Assembly (NCBI GenBank): GCA_964608075.1
Contig: CAZSMG010000003.1
Location: 1 to 54,389, forward strand
Source: an uncultured Clostridium sp.
Lineage (GTDB): Bacteria > Bacillota > Clostridia > TANB77 > CAG-508
DNA length: 54,389 bases
Reading direction: 5' to 3'
A program made the translations under genes and the position numbers. Positions 34,813 through 43,494 of the stretch are shown piece by piece. The notes beneath the pieces were generated by a model. It had not been told where the DNA came from. It did not search any database and saw only the letters and a list, made by a program, of their open reading frames with translations. How positions within the stretch are numbered: the stretch's first letter is position 1; every line of letters begins with the position of its first letter.

Positions 34813-37101
34813 ATGAGTATAAAAGGAATAGTATATGAAATAATTAGAAAAATTACAGGAAAAAAAGATAAGAATCAAATGCAACTTGAAGAACCAGTAG
34901 AAAACAATGAAATTGATAATAGTTTAATAAATGAAGATAAAATAGAATCACAAGTAGATGAAAATAAAATGGAACCACAAGTAAATGAAATTGAAAATAA
35001 TGAAGAAGAAATAATAGAAGAAGATACGCTTGTTTCTAGATATTTATCTATAATAAGAACAAGGATTTATTTAGATAAAATTGATGATGATTTTATTGAT
35101 GAAATAAATGAAAGTGAAATTTTATCACAATACCAAAAAACTATTATATTATTGGCATTATGTGAAAAAAACAATATGTTGAAACGTGCTAAACAAATTA
35201 AAGATAATTCAAATTTTAAGAATGAAAATGAAAGAAAAGAAATAAATAAAATTATAGAGAGAATTAAATCAAATAAAATTAAAAATTTTGATTTAAAAAG
35301 ATATGATAGTGTATTAGGATGGGAATATAATGAAGAATTATATGAAAGTTATTTAAAACAAGAAGAAGAAGAAGAAGAAAAAAGTTTGGAAAATACTATA
35401 AAAGTAAGTAAAGAAATAAAACAATTAATAAATGATGAAAGATATGAAGAAGCAGAAAAAAAAGGGAAAAAGTATAAAGATAATATAATTATACAAACAC
35501 AGATGTTATTAATAGCAATAAAGCAAAATGATTTCGAAAAAATAAAACTAATTGCTAAAACTTATAAAGATTTTGAAGCAATTCAAATACAAATAGGTAA
35601 TTATATAAAAGAATTAATAAGTCTTGAAGAATTTGAAAAGGCTATAGAATTATGTGAATTCTTTTTAGAAAATCCAATAATACAATCACAGAGGTTAACA
35701 ATAGCAATAAAACAAAATGATTTTGGAAAAATACAACAAATTGCTAAAACTTATAAAGACGTTAAAGCAATTCAGAGACAGATAAGTATACTTATAAATG
35801 AATTAATAGATAATAGAAAATATAAAACTGCAACACAATTAGGGGAGATTTTTAAAGATGATTCTATAATACAATCACAAATGCTAACAATAGCGATAAT
35901 ACAAAAAGATTATGAAAAAATAGAACAAATTGCTATAATTTATAAAGATGTTAAAGCAATTCAAAGACAAATAAGTGTACTCATAAATGAATTAATAGAG
36001 AGTAGCGAATATAAAACTGCAATAAGGTTAGGAAAAATTTTTAAAGACGATGTTATAATGCAATCACAAATGCTATTAATAGCAATAAAGACAGAGGATA
36101 ATAATGAGATAAAGCAGATTGCAAAAAAATATAAAGATGATGAAGTAATAAGGACACAACTAGAGAGATATATTGAAATACAATTAATAAAAAAACAATA
36201 TGCAATAGTATTAGAAATACAAGATATTTTAAATAATAAAGAAAAAACTCAAGAACAATTACAACCAGAAAATAGTGAAAGTATTGAAGATGTTGAAAAT
36301 AGTGAAAATATTGAAGACAATGAAAAAAATCATTATCTTGCTAAATTAAAAACAAGAATTTATTTAGGTAAAATTGATGATGAATTAATTAATGAAATAA
36401 ATGAAAGTCAAATTTTATCAGAATATGAAAGAACTATTATTTTATTTGCAATATATGAAAAGAAAAACATGCCTGAACGTGTAAAACAAATACAAGCTAA
36501 AGCAAATTTTGAAGATGAAAGTCAAAAAAGAGAAGTAAGAAAAATAATAGAAAGAATGAAATCTAAAAAGAAAAGAATATTTGATTTTGGAATATATGAT
36601 AAATTATTATACTGGCAATTTGATGAGGAACTACTTGGAAAATACAAAAATAATGAAGACGATAAACAAGCAGTAAAAGAAAGTAGCGAAATATCAAAAC
36701 CAGTAGACAAAGAGGGAAAAATAGAAAATACAGAAGAAATTATATTAGAGCAAGAAGGTAATAAAGATGGGTTAGAGATATCAACTGAAAATGCAGATAC
36801 TAATAATTTAAAAATTGAAGATAATACAGATAATATAGTAAAAAAACAAAATTCCAGTGTAAAAGCTATAGTTTTAGAATATTTAATTGAAAAAAGAGTT
36901 GATATATATGTAAAAACATTTACAGATAATATTAACAAAAGAAAAAAGGCAATAAATCAATTAGATATTATACAAGAAATGATTGAAAGAGTAGAAAATT
37001 GTAAGAATGATGATGAATATATAGATATGCTATATAATAGAATTCAAAAATTAAAAAATAGTGAAAATAATAACAAAGAAGTAGAAGATAGAGATGAATA
37101 A
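34813..37101 (+). CDS. large cytoplasmic helical-repeat (TPR-like) protein of unknown function with duplicated ~100-aa module
   Basis: No signal peptide or TM helix, highly charged. Four tandem 63-64-aa repeats (IIQSQ.LTIAI.Q.D..KI.QIA..YKDVKAIQRQIS.LINELI). The ~100-aa module YL..(I/L)(R/K)TRIYL.KIDD..I.EINES.ILS.Y..TIIL...EK.NM..R.KQI... occurs twice here and once in the next gene. Confidence 0.6.
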   Translation: MSIKGIVYEIIRKITGKKDKNQMQLEEPVENNEIDNSLINEDKIESQVDENKMEPQVNEIENNEEEIIEEDTLVSRYLSIIRTRIYLDKIDDDFIDEINESEILSQYQKTIILLALCEKNNMLKRAKQIKDNSNFKNENERKEINKIIERIKSNKIKNFDLKRYDSVLGWEYNEELYESYLKQEEEEEEKSLENTIKVSKEIKQLINDERYEEAEKKGKKYKDNIIIQTQMLLIAIKQNDFEKIKLIAKTYKDFEAIQIQIGNYIKELISLEEFEKAIELCEFFLENPIIQSQRLTIAIKQNDFGKIQQIAKTYKDVKAIQRQISILINELIDNRKYKTATQLGEIFKDDSIIQSQMLTIAIIQKDYEKIEQIAIIYKDVKAIQRQISVLINELIESSEYKTAIRLGKIFKDDVIMQSQMLLIAIKTEDNNEIKQIAKKYKDDEVIRTQLERYIEIQLIKKQYAIVLEIQDILNNKEKTQEQLQPENSESIEDVENSENIEDNEKNHYLAKLKTRIYLGKIDDELINEINESQILSEYERTIILFAIYEKKNMPERVKQIQAKANFEDESQKREVRKIIERMKSKKKRIFDFGIYDKLLYWQFDEELLGKYKNNEDDKQAVKESSEISKPVDKEGKIENTEEIILEQEGNKDGLEISTENADTNNLKIEDNTDNIVKKQNSSVKAIVLEYLIEKRVDIYVKTFTDNINKRKKAINQLDIIQEMIERVENCKNDDEYIDMLYNRIQKLKNSENNNKEVEDRDE
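35485..36243 (+). repeat. four tandem intragenic repeats with a 189-192 bp period
   Basis: Units start at 35485, 35677, 35866 and 36055, each opening with ATAAT(A/T/G)(C/A)AATCACA-like sequence. The two central units are the most similar. Confidence 0.85.
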
Positions 37102-37143
37102 TTAAATTAATATTTAAATAAAAATTTAAGAGGTGTTTAAAAA

Positions 37144-37980
37144 ATGGATGAAAATAAATTAAATAATGAAGAAATAAAATTAACTTTTGAAGAGGTAAGG
37201 CAACAAATTAGTCAATTAATAAAAAAAGGAAAATATGACGAAGCTAAAATAATTGGAGAAAAAGAGGAATATGCTATTAGAGTAAATATTCAAAAATTAA
37301 TGATAAAGTTATATATTACAGAAGGAAATACTGAAAAAGCAATTGAAGTATCACAAAGAGAATGTTTTAGGCAAGATCCACAAATCCAATCATTGATAAT
37401 GAAAATGTATACAGATAATGGAGAATTTGATAAAGCATTACAAATAGGACAACAAGAAAAATTTATATTTAATTTTACTATACAAGATCAAATAAGAAGA
37501 GCTAAAGAATTAAAAAGATATAAACAAAAAATAGAAGAAAGAAAAAAACAAGAAGATAGTAAAGATGAACAAGAAAGATTATTAATAGATGAAGGTGCAT
37601 ATGAATTTTTAAGAGAAATTAAAACAAAGATATATTATAATAAAATTGATAATGAATTAATAGAACAAATTAATCAAAGTGGACTTTTATCAGAATACCA
37701 AAAAACATTAATTATGCTTGCAATATGTGAAAAGAAAAACATGCCTGAACGTGCAAAACAAATACAAGCTAAAGCAAATCTTGAAGATGAAAACCAAAAG
37801 AAAGAAGTAAGAAAAATAATAGAAAGAATAAAATCAAAGAAAAAAGCAATATTTAATCTAGGTGAATATGATCGATTGCTAAATTGGAGATTTGAACATA
37901 AGTTAGTTGAAAAATACAATAAAGAAAATGAGAGTAAAAATCAATTAGCTAAGAATGAAAATGAAGATAATCAAAAGTAG
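37144..37980 (+). CDS. paralogous helical-repeat protein carrying the third copy of the ~100-aa module
   Basis: TPR-like N-terminus (GKYDEAKIIGE..., GNTEKAIEVSQ..., GEFDKALQIGQ...). C-terminal module FLREIKTKIYYNKIDNELIEQINQSGLLSEYQKTLIMLAICEKKNMPERAKQIQAKANLEDENQKKEVRKIIERIKSKKK. Confidence 0.6.
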   Translation: MDENKLNNEEIKLTFEEVRQQISQLIKKGKYDEAKIIGEKEEYAIRVNIQKLMIKLYITEGNTEKAIEVSQRECFRQDPQIQSLIMKMYTDNGEFDKALQIGQQEKFIFNFTIQDQIRRAKELKRYKQKIEERKKQEDSKDEQERLLIDEGAYEFLREIKTKIYYNKIDNELIEQINQSGLLSEYQKTLIMLAICEKKNMPERAKQIQAKANLEDENQKKEVRKIIERIKSKKKAIFNLGEYDRLLNWRFEHKLVEKYNKENESKNQLAKNENEDNQK

Positions 37981-37990
37981 ATAAATTTTA

Positions 37991-38027
37991 AGAAATAAAT
38001 CTAAATAGAGGTTTATTTCTTTTTTTA
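37991..38027 (+). terminator. rho-independent terminator
   Basis: AGAAATAAA(T)C / GTTTATTTCT stem followed by T7. Confidence 0.65.
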
Positions 38028-38065
38028 TTTAATTGTGAAAAATGTGTGTTTTACCTTTAATTTCA

Positions 38066-38094
38066 TTGACAAAATGTGGTTTTGAATATAAAAT
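38066..38094 (+). promoter_or_regulatory. sigma-A promoter (TTGACA-17-TAAAAT)
   Basis: Perfect -35, 30 nt upstream of the ATG at 38124. Confidence 0.55.
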
Positions 38095-38123
38095 TACAAT
38101 ATGAAAAAAGAGGTGCGAAATGT

Positions 38124-39113
38124 ATGAAAGAAGATATACAAGTAGATGTCTTACTTGCAACATATAATGGCGAAAAATATTTAAAAAAACAATTAGATAG
38201 TATATTAAATCAAACATATAAAAATATAAGAATTTTAATAAATGATGATTGTTCAACAGATGGAACTATAAATATATTAAAAGAATATGCAAAAAGAGAT
38301 GATAGAATAAAAGTTATATATAATGGTAAAAATTTAGGATATATAAAGAATTTTGAAGAATTATTAAAAAGAGTAGAAAGTGATTATTTTGTATTATCAG
38401 ATCAAGATGATATATGGTATGAGGACAAGATAGAAAAGTCTTTAAATAAATTAATAAATGATAAATCTGACTTAGTGTTTACAGATTTAGAAGTTGTAGA
38501 TGAAAATTTAAATCAAATTTCACCATCATTAATAAAATTTATGCAATTTGAAAAAAATATAAAAAAACATAATGATTATAAATTAGTGTTTTTAAGAAAT
38601 TGTGTTACAGGGTGTACAATTCTTTCAAAAAAAGAATTAATAAAAAACTATATTCCAATTCCAGATAAAAGTCCTATGGTACATGATTGGTGGATGGCAC
38701 TTATAATATCACAAATAGGAAGAATTTCTTATTTAAATGAAACAACTATAAAGTATAGACAGCATATTGATAATCAACTTGGAATATATGGAATGAAAAA
38801 CTATATTCAAGATTTTGATGAATATAGGCAAAAATATATAAATTTAAAACTTGATCAATTTAGATTATATGTTGAAAACCAGATGTATTTTAAAAATAAA
38901 GAACTTGTCAAGCTTTCAAAAGATGCAATCAAATATTTAGAAAATATAAAAAATAAGAAATATTTTAATTTTAGAAATTATAAAACGTTTTTTAAGCTAT
39001 ATAATATGGAATATTTTTCAATGAGATTAAAAACATTTCTAATGTTAAATTTTCAAATAATTGGAAGAGTAATGTTTAACTTAAGAGCTGTAATTTCGAA
39101 ATTGAAATTTTAA
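38124..39113 (+). CDS. glycosyltransferase family 2
   Basis: ATG at 38124 follows AAGAGGTG. Motifs: VDVLLATYNGEKYLKKQLDSILNQTY, INDDCSTDGT, LSDQDDIW (DxD). Confidence 0.85.
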   Translation: MKEDIQVDVLLATYNGEKYLKKQLDSILNQTYKNIRILINDDCSTDGTINILKEYAKRDDRIKVIYNGKNLGYIKNFEELLKRVESDYFVLSDQDDIWYEDKIEKSLNKLINDKSDLVFTDLEVVDENLNQISPSLIKFMQFEKNIKKHNDYKLVFLRNCVTGCTILSKKELIKNYIPIPDKSPMVHDWWMALIISQIGRISYLNETTIKYRQHIDNQLGIYGMKNYIQDFDEYRQKYINLKLDQFRLYVENQMYFKNKELVKLSKDAIKYLENIKNKKYFNFRNYKTFFKLYNMEYFSMRLKTFLMLNFQIIGRVMFNLRAVISKLKF

Positions 39114-39126
39114 AATTGGAGGAAAA

Positions 39127-40116
39127 ATGGACGACGAGGAATTAGTAGATATATTAGTAACTACATATAATAGTAATCAAAAATATTTAAAAAAACAATT
39201 AGATAGTATATTAAATCAAACATATAAAAACATAAAAGTTATAATAAGTGATGACAAATCTACAAATTTTAGAGTATTAAAAACATTAGAAGAATATGAA
39301 AAAAAAGATAAAAGAGTTATAGTTTATGCTCAGGCAAAAAACCTAGGATATAATAAAAACTTTGAATTTTTATTAAAACAATCAACAGCAGAATATATAA
39401 TGTTTTGTGATCATGATGATATATGGCATGAAGATAAAGTTAGAAAATCTTTAGAAAGACTAAAAGAAAAATGTGTAAGTTTAGTTTACTCAAATTCAAC
39501 TCAAATTAATGAAAAAGGTGAAGTATTAAAACAAGATTATTTTAAATATAAAAACATGCCAAAAATTAGTGGAAAGAATAATCATTTAGCAATATCAAGA
39601 TATGCAGGGCTTGGATGCTCTCAAATTTTTACAAAAGAAGTAAAGAAAAGAATGCTTCCATTTACAAAAAAAGTAATAGCCCATGATTGGCTTGCAGGTT
39701 TTATTGCAAGTGAACTAAATGGAATAGACTATATAGAAGATACTTTATTTGATTATAGATTACATACAAATAATGTATTTGGAGGAAGAAGTTTATCTCA
39801 AAATTTAAGCACATGGAAAGAAAATAAAGGTAAATCCTATGAATCATTTTTAGAATATAGAAAATATATAATAGATTCTGCATATTTAGATGGTGCAAAA
39901 ATGTGTCTTGAGTATTCACTCTTAGATTCTAATAAAATTTTTACAGAAAAATTAATAAAATATTATGAGAATTTAAAAGTATCTAAATATATAAACTTTC
40001 ACTTAATAAAATATTTTAAATATTTATCAGGAAAAAATCTATTAAAAAAGATGGTAAAGGAAATTGCAATATTTCATTTTCCGTTGTTAGCATATATATG
40101 CTTTAAAAATATATAA
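39127..40116 (+). CDS. glycosyltransferase family 2 (paralog of 38124-39113)
   Basis: Motifs: VDILVTTYNSNQKYLKKQLDSILNQTY, ISDDKST, FCDHDDIW. Confidence 0.85.
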   Translation: MDDEELVDILVTTYNSNQKYLKKQLDSILNQTYKNIKVIISDDKSTNFRVLKTLEEYEKKDKRVIVYAQAKNLGYNKNFEFLLKQSTAEYIMFCDHDDIWHEDKVRKSLERLKEKCVSLVYSNSTQINEKGEVLKQDYFKYKNMPKISGKNNHLAISRYAGLGCSQIFTKEVKKRMLPFTKKVIAHDWLAGFIASELNGIDYIEDTLFDYRLHTNNVFGGRSLSQNLSTWKENKGKSYESFLEYRKYIIDSAYLDGAKMCLEYSLLDSNKIFTEKLIKYYENLKVSKYINFHLIKYFKYLSGKNLLKKMVKEIAIFHFPLLAYICFKNI

Positions 40117-40130
40117 AGAAAGGTAAAGTA

Positions 40131-40922
40131 ATGGAATTTATTAAATCAGTATTAAAAAATAGAAAATTAATATTTAGCTTAGGAAAAAACGATTTTAAAA
40201 ATAGATTTGCAGGTACAAGTTTAGGTGCAATATGGGGATATATCCAACCATTTATATTCATGTTTACATATGTTATTGTATTTCAATACATACTAAAAAC
40301 AGGAAAAACAGGAGATGTACCATATTTGGTATGGTTTTTACCGGGAATGTCTATGTGGATGTGTATAAATGATTCCATTATGAGTGCAAGTATGTCAATT
40401 AGAAATTATAGTTACTTAGTAAAAAAAGTAGTATTTCCAGTTGATATTATACCAATAATTTCAATTATTGCAACAGCATTTATATCAATATTTTTATTTG
40501 CTATAGTAATAATAGTATGTTCTATATTTGGGTATTTACCAAATGTTTTAATGCTTATATATATATTATTTTGTGCATATGCACTTATAATATCAATAAC
40601 AAGATTTACATCAGCACTTTCAACATTAGTTCCAGACTTTGCACAATTACTTAGTGTAATAATGCAATTATGTTTTTGGTTCACTCCAATTGTATGGAAT
40701 TTAACAATGTTAGATGGACATCAAACTCTACTTAAAATATTTAAATGTATGCCATTTACTTATCTAGTAACAGGATTTAGAGATGCATTTATAGGTGGGA
40801 ATATATTATCAGAGCAAAATGGAATGTTTACAATTATATTTTGGATAATTACAATATTTATGTTTATATGGGGAAATTATATATTCAAAAAGAATAAAAA
40901 GGATTTTGCGGATGTACTATAA
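40131..40922 (+). CDS. ABC-2 type polysaccharide export permease (Wzm/TagG-like), second copy
   Basis: Six TM helices. N-terminal FKNRFAGTSLGAIWGYIQP and a C-terminal ...DFADVL tail, parallel to 31903-32709. Confidence 0.8.
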   Translation: MEFIKSVLKNRKLIFSLGKNDFKNRFAGTSLGAIWGYIQPFIFMFTYVIVFQYILKTGKTGDVPYLVWFLPGMSMWMCINDSIMSASMSIRNYSYLVKKVVFPVDIIPIISIIATAFISIFLFAIVIIVCSIFGYLPNVLMLIYILFCAYALIISITRFTSALSTLVPDFAQLLSVIMQLCFWFTPIVWNLTMLDGHQTLLKIFKCMPFTYLVTGFRDAFIGGNILSEQNGMFTIIFWIITIFMFIWGNYIFKKNKKDFADVL

Positions 40923-40936
40923 TTTTGGAGGTAAAG

Positions 40937-42259
40937 ATGCACGAAAATAATAATAATAATAATGATGTTGTCATAAAAATAGAAAATTTAAATAAAGAAT
41001 ATAAAATGTTTGCAAGCAAAAAAGATAGACTATTAGAAACAATAATTCCAGGATATTCAAAACATGGTGTATTTAAAGCATTAGATAATTTTTCTATAGA
41101 AATAAAAAAAGGAGAAGTATTAGGAATCCTTGGAAAAAATGGTGCTGGTAAATCAACACTTCTTAAGATAATAACAGGAGTTGTAACACAAACTAGAGGA
41201 TATATAGATATAAATGGAAAGATAAGTTCACTTTTAGAATTAGGTGCGGCATTTAATCCAGATTTAACAGGGATACAAAACATATATCAACATGGACAAG
41301 TAATGGGACTTACAAAAGAGCAAATAGAAGAAAAGAAACAAGATATAATAGATTTTGCAGATATTGGAGATCATTTATATCAACCTGTAAAAACATATTC
41401 ATCAGGTATGTTTGCACGTTTAGCTTTTGCTTGTGCTATAAATGTAGATCCAGATATTTTAATTGTAGATGAGGTTTTATCTGTTGGAGATATGGCATTT
41501 CAGTTAAAATGTTTTAAGAAGTTTGAACAATTTAAAGAAAAAAATAAAACAATAATTTTTGTAAGTCATAGCATTAATGATATTTTAAATAATTGTAACA
41601 GAGCTATAATATTAGATTCAGGTAAAAAAATATTCGATGGAGATGTAAAGGCAGGAGTTGATAACTATAAAAGATTAATAACAGGAATGCTTAGTGATAA
41701 AAATAATGAATTTAGTAAAAAAGGAAAAACTTTAGAACCAAAAAAGGTATCAATTACATCAGATGATGAGAATACAGAGTGGAAAAAATATTTTACAATA
41801 AATCCTGAAATGTTGATATATGGAAATAAAGAAGCAGAGATTACTGACTTTGGTATTTTTAACTTAAAAGGAGAGCCAGCAACATTAATTGATAGCCAAG
41901 AAGAAGTTATAGTTAAATTAAAGGCTTCATTTTATAAAGATGTAGAATGTCCAACTTTTTCTATGACAATTAAAAATTTTAATGGTAAAGAAATGTGTGG
42001 TACAAATACAAGCTTTAAAAATATATATACAGGACTATGTAAAAAAGGAGAAGACTATATTTGTGAATTTAAACAAAAATTCAAATTAGCACCTGGAAAA
42101 TATACGATATCATTAAGTTGCAGTAGGTATGATGCAAATGGAGAAATTGTTGTTATAAATAGAAACTATGATGCATTAATATTTGAGACAATGTCTACAA
42201 CACCAATTGTTGGATGTTTTGATATTGATACAAAAATAGACTTTAAAAAATTAAATTAG
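40937..42259 (+). CDS. polysaccharide export ABC ATPase with C-terminal Wzt_C-like carbohydrate-binding domain
   Basis: ATG at 40937 follows GGAGGT. Walker A GKNGAGKST, signature YSSGMFARL, Walker B ILIVDEVL. An extra ~190-aa beta-rich C-terminal domain (YGNKEAEITDFGIFN...GKYTISLSC...) is absent from the tagH-like copy. Confidence 0.8.
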   Translation: MHENNNNNNDVVIKIENLNKEYKMFASKKDRLLETIIPGYSKHGVFKALDNFSIEIKKGEVLGILGKNGAGKSTLLKIITGVVTQTRGYIDINGKISSLLELGAAFNPDLTGIQNIYQHGQVMGLTKEQIEEKKQDIIDFADIGDHLYQPVKTYSSGMFARLAFACAINVDPDILIVDEVLSVGDMAFQLKCFKKFEQFKEKNKTIIFVSHSINDILNNCNRAIILDSGKKIFDGDVKAGVDNYKRLITGMLSDKNNEFSKKGKTLEPKKVSITSDDENTEWKKYFTINPEMLIYGNKEAEITDFGIFNLKGEPATLIDSQEEVIVKLKASFYKDVECPTFSMTIKNFNGKEMCGTNTSFKNIYTGLCKKGEDYICEFKQKFKLAPGKYTISLSCSRYDANGEIVVINRNYDALIFETMSTTPIVGCFDIDTKIDFKKLN

Positions 42260-42268
42260 GAGAAAAGT

Positions 42269-43489
42269 ATGCAGGAAATTCATTTATTTATATTATGGGA
42301 AAATGCCATTTATAAAAAACAAGAAATATTAGAAGATATAAAGCAAAACTTTGACATTTTAGGCATGTATAATATAACATGGAGTAAAGAAAAATTTTCA
42401 CAAAACTTGTCAAGATTTTATGGAACAAATTTACCTAAAGGAAGCGGAAAAGAATCTCATTGTGGTACAGGACCATTTTTGCTTATTATTGTTAGATGTA
42501 ATAATCCTAAATATGATAGCCGAGATACATCTAAGGGAATACAAATAGTAAATACATTAATGTTTGATAAAAAAACATATTATAGAGAATTAACTGGTGG
42601 AGGACATAAAGTACATGCAACAAATTCTGAAATTGAAACAAATCATGATTTAACATTACTACTTGGAAAAAACATAGAAGATTTCTTAAAAGATAATGAT
42701 ATATGGAATGGCAAAGAAATAAGTCTTAAAAAAGATTTATTAGGAGCAAATGATTGGGAAAATGTACAAGAAATGTTTTATGCATTAAACAATTGTACAA
42801 ATTATGCAATACTTAGAAATTTTGAAAATTTGCCAGAAGAAATATATTTAAATGATCATAATGATATTGATTTAATATGTAACTCATACGAAAATGTAGC
42901 ATATGTTTTAAATGCAAAAAAGGTTTTTGATGAAGAATATAGAGTTCATTACAAAGTAAAACTTAAAGATAAGTACGCAAATTTTGACTTAAGATATATT
43001 GGAGATGAATATTATTATAAGAAACTAGAAGAAGATATATTAAAAAATAGGATTTATAACAAAAAAGGTTTTTATACTATTTCAGAAGATTATTATTTTT
43101 ATACATTACTTTATCATGCTATTTTGCATAAACCAGAGTTTTCTAAAGATTATAAGGATAGATTAAAAAACATGAATAGTGATATTTTAAATTTAACAAA
43201 AGATGAAGAGTATTTAAAAGTTTTACAAAATTGGCTAATACAAAATGAATATATTGTAACTAAGCCAATAGATAAATCAGTACAATTTAATAAAGAAAAT
43301 GCTAAAAAATTATCAATATTAGTATATAATGATAATACACAGATTGAAGATGTTATAGAAAAAAACAAAAATATAGAAATAGAAAATAAAATATTAAAAG
43401 AAGAACTAGTAAATGTATATAATTCAAAAAGTTGGAAAGTAACAGAGATATTAAGAAAAATATCAAGAAAAATAAAAAATGGGGATTGA
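42269..43489 (+). CDS. uncharacterised two-domain protein with C-terminal coiled coil (candidate chain-termination/capping factor)
   Basis: No TM helix or signal peptide. Central NYAILRNFENLPEEIYLNDHNDIDLIC segment. C-terminal heptad-rich region ends in NSKSWKVTEILRKI, a motif shared with the next protein. Confidence 0.5.
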   Translation: MQEIHLFILWENAIYKKQEILEDIKQNFDILGMYNITWSKEKFSQNLSRFYGTNLPKGSGKESHCGTGPFLLIIVRCNNPKYDSRDTSKGIQIVNTLMFDKKTYYRELTGGGHKVHATNSEIETNHDLTLLLGKNIEDFLKDNDIWNGKEISLKKDLLGANDWENVQEMFYALNNCTNYAILRNFENLPEEIYLNDHNDIDLICNSYENVAYVLNAKKVFDEEYRVHYKVKLKDKYANFDLRYIGDEYYYKKLEEDILKNRIYNKKGFYTISEDYYFYTLLYHAILHKPEFSKDYKDRLKNMNSDILNLTKDEEYLKVLQNWLIQNEYIVTKPIDKSVQFNKENAKKLSILVYNDNTQIEDVIEKNKNIEIENKILKEELVNVYNSKSWKVTEILRKISRKIKNGD

Positions 43490-43494
43490 TTTTT

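Noticed and set aside
35485-36243. Regularly spaced repeats (189-192 bp here, and the ~255-270 bp repeats in the GH25 genes), considered as CRISPR-like or non-coding arrays.
   Set aside because: The repeats are in frame within long ORFs and diverge in a codon-wise pattern. Period and unit length do not fit CRISPR repeat/spacer geometry, and no cas genes are present.
40946-40963. Trinucleotide repeats (AAT)6 in the Wzt-like gene (40946-40963) and (GAA)6 in the repeat protein (35362-35379), considered as phase-variation tracts.
   Set aside because: Unit length is 3, so slippage only adds or removes Asn or Glu residues and keeps the frame. These are expected low-complexity runs in an AT-rich genome.
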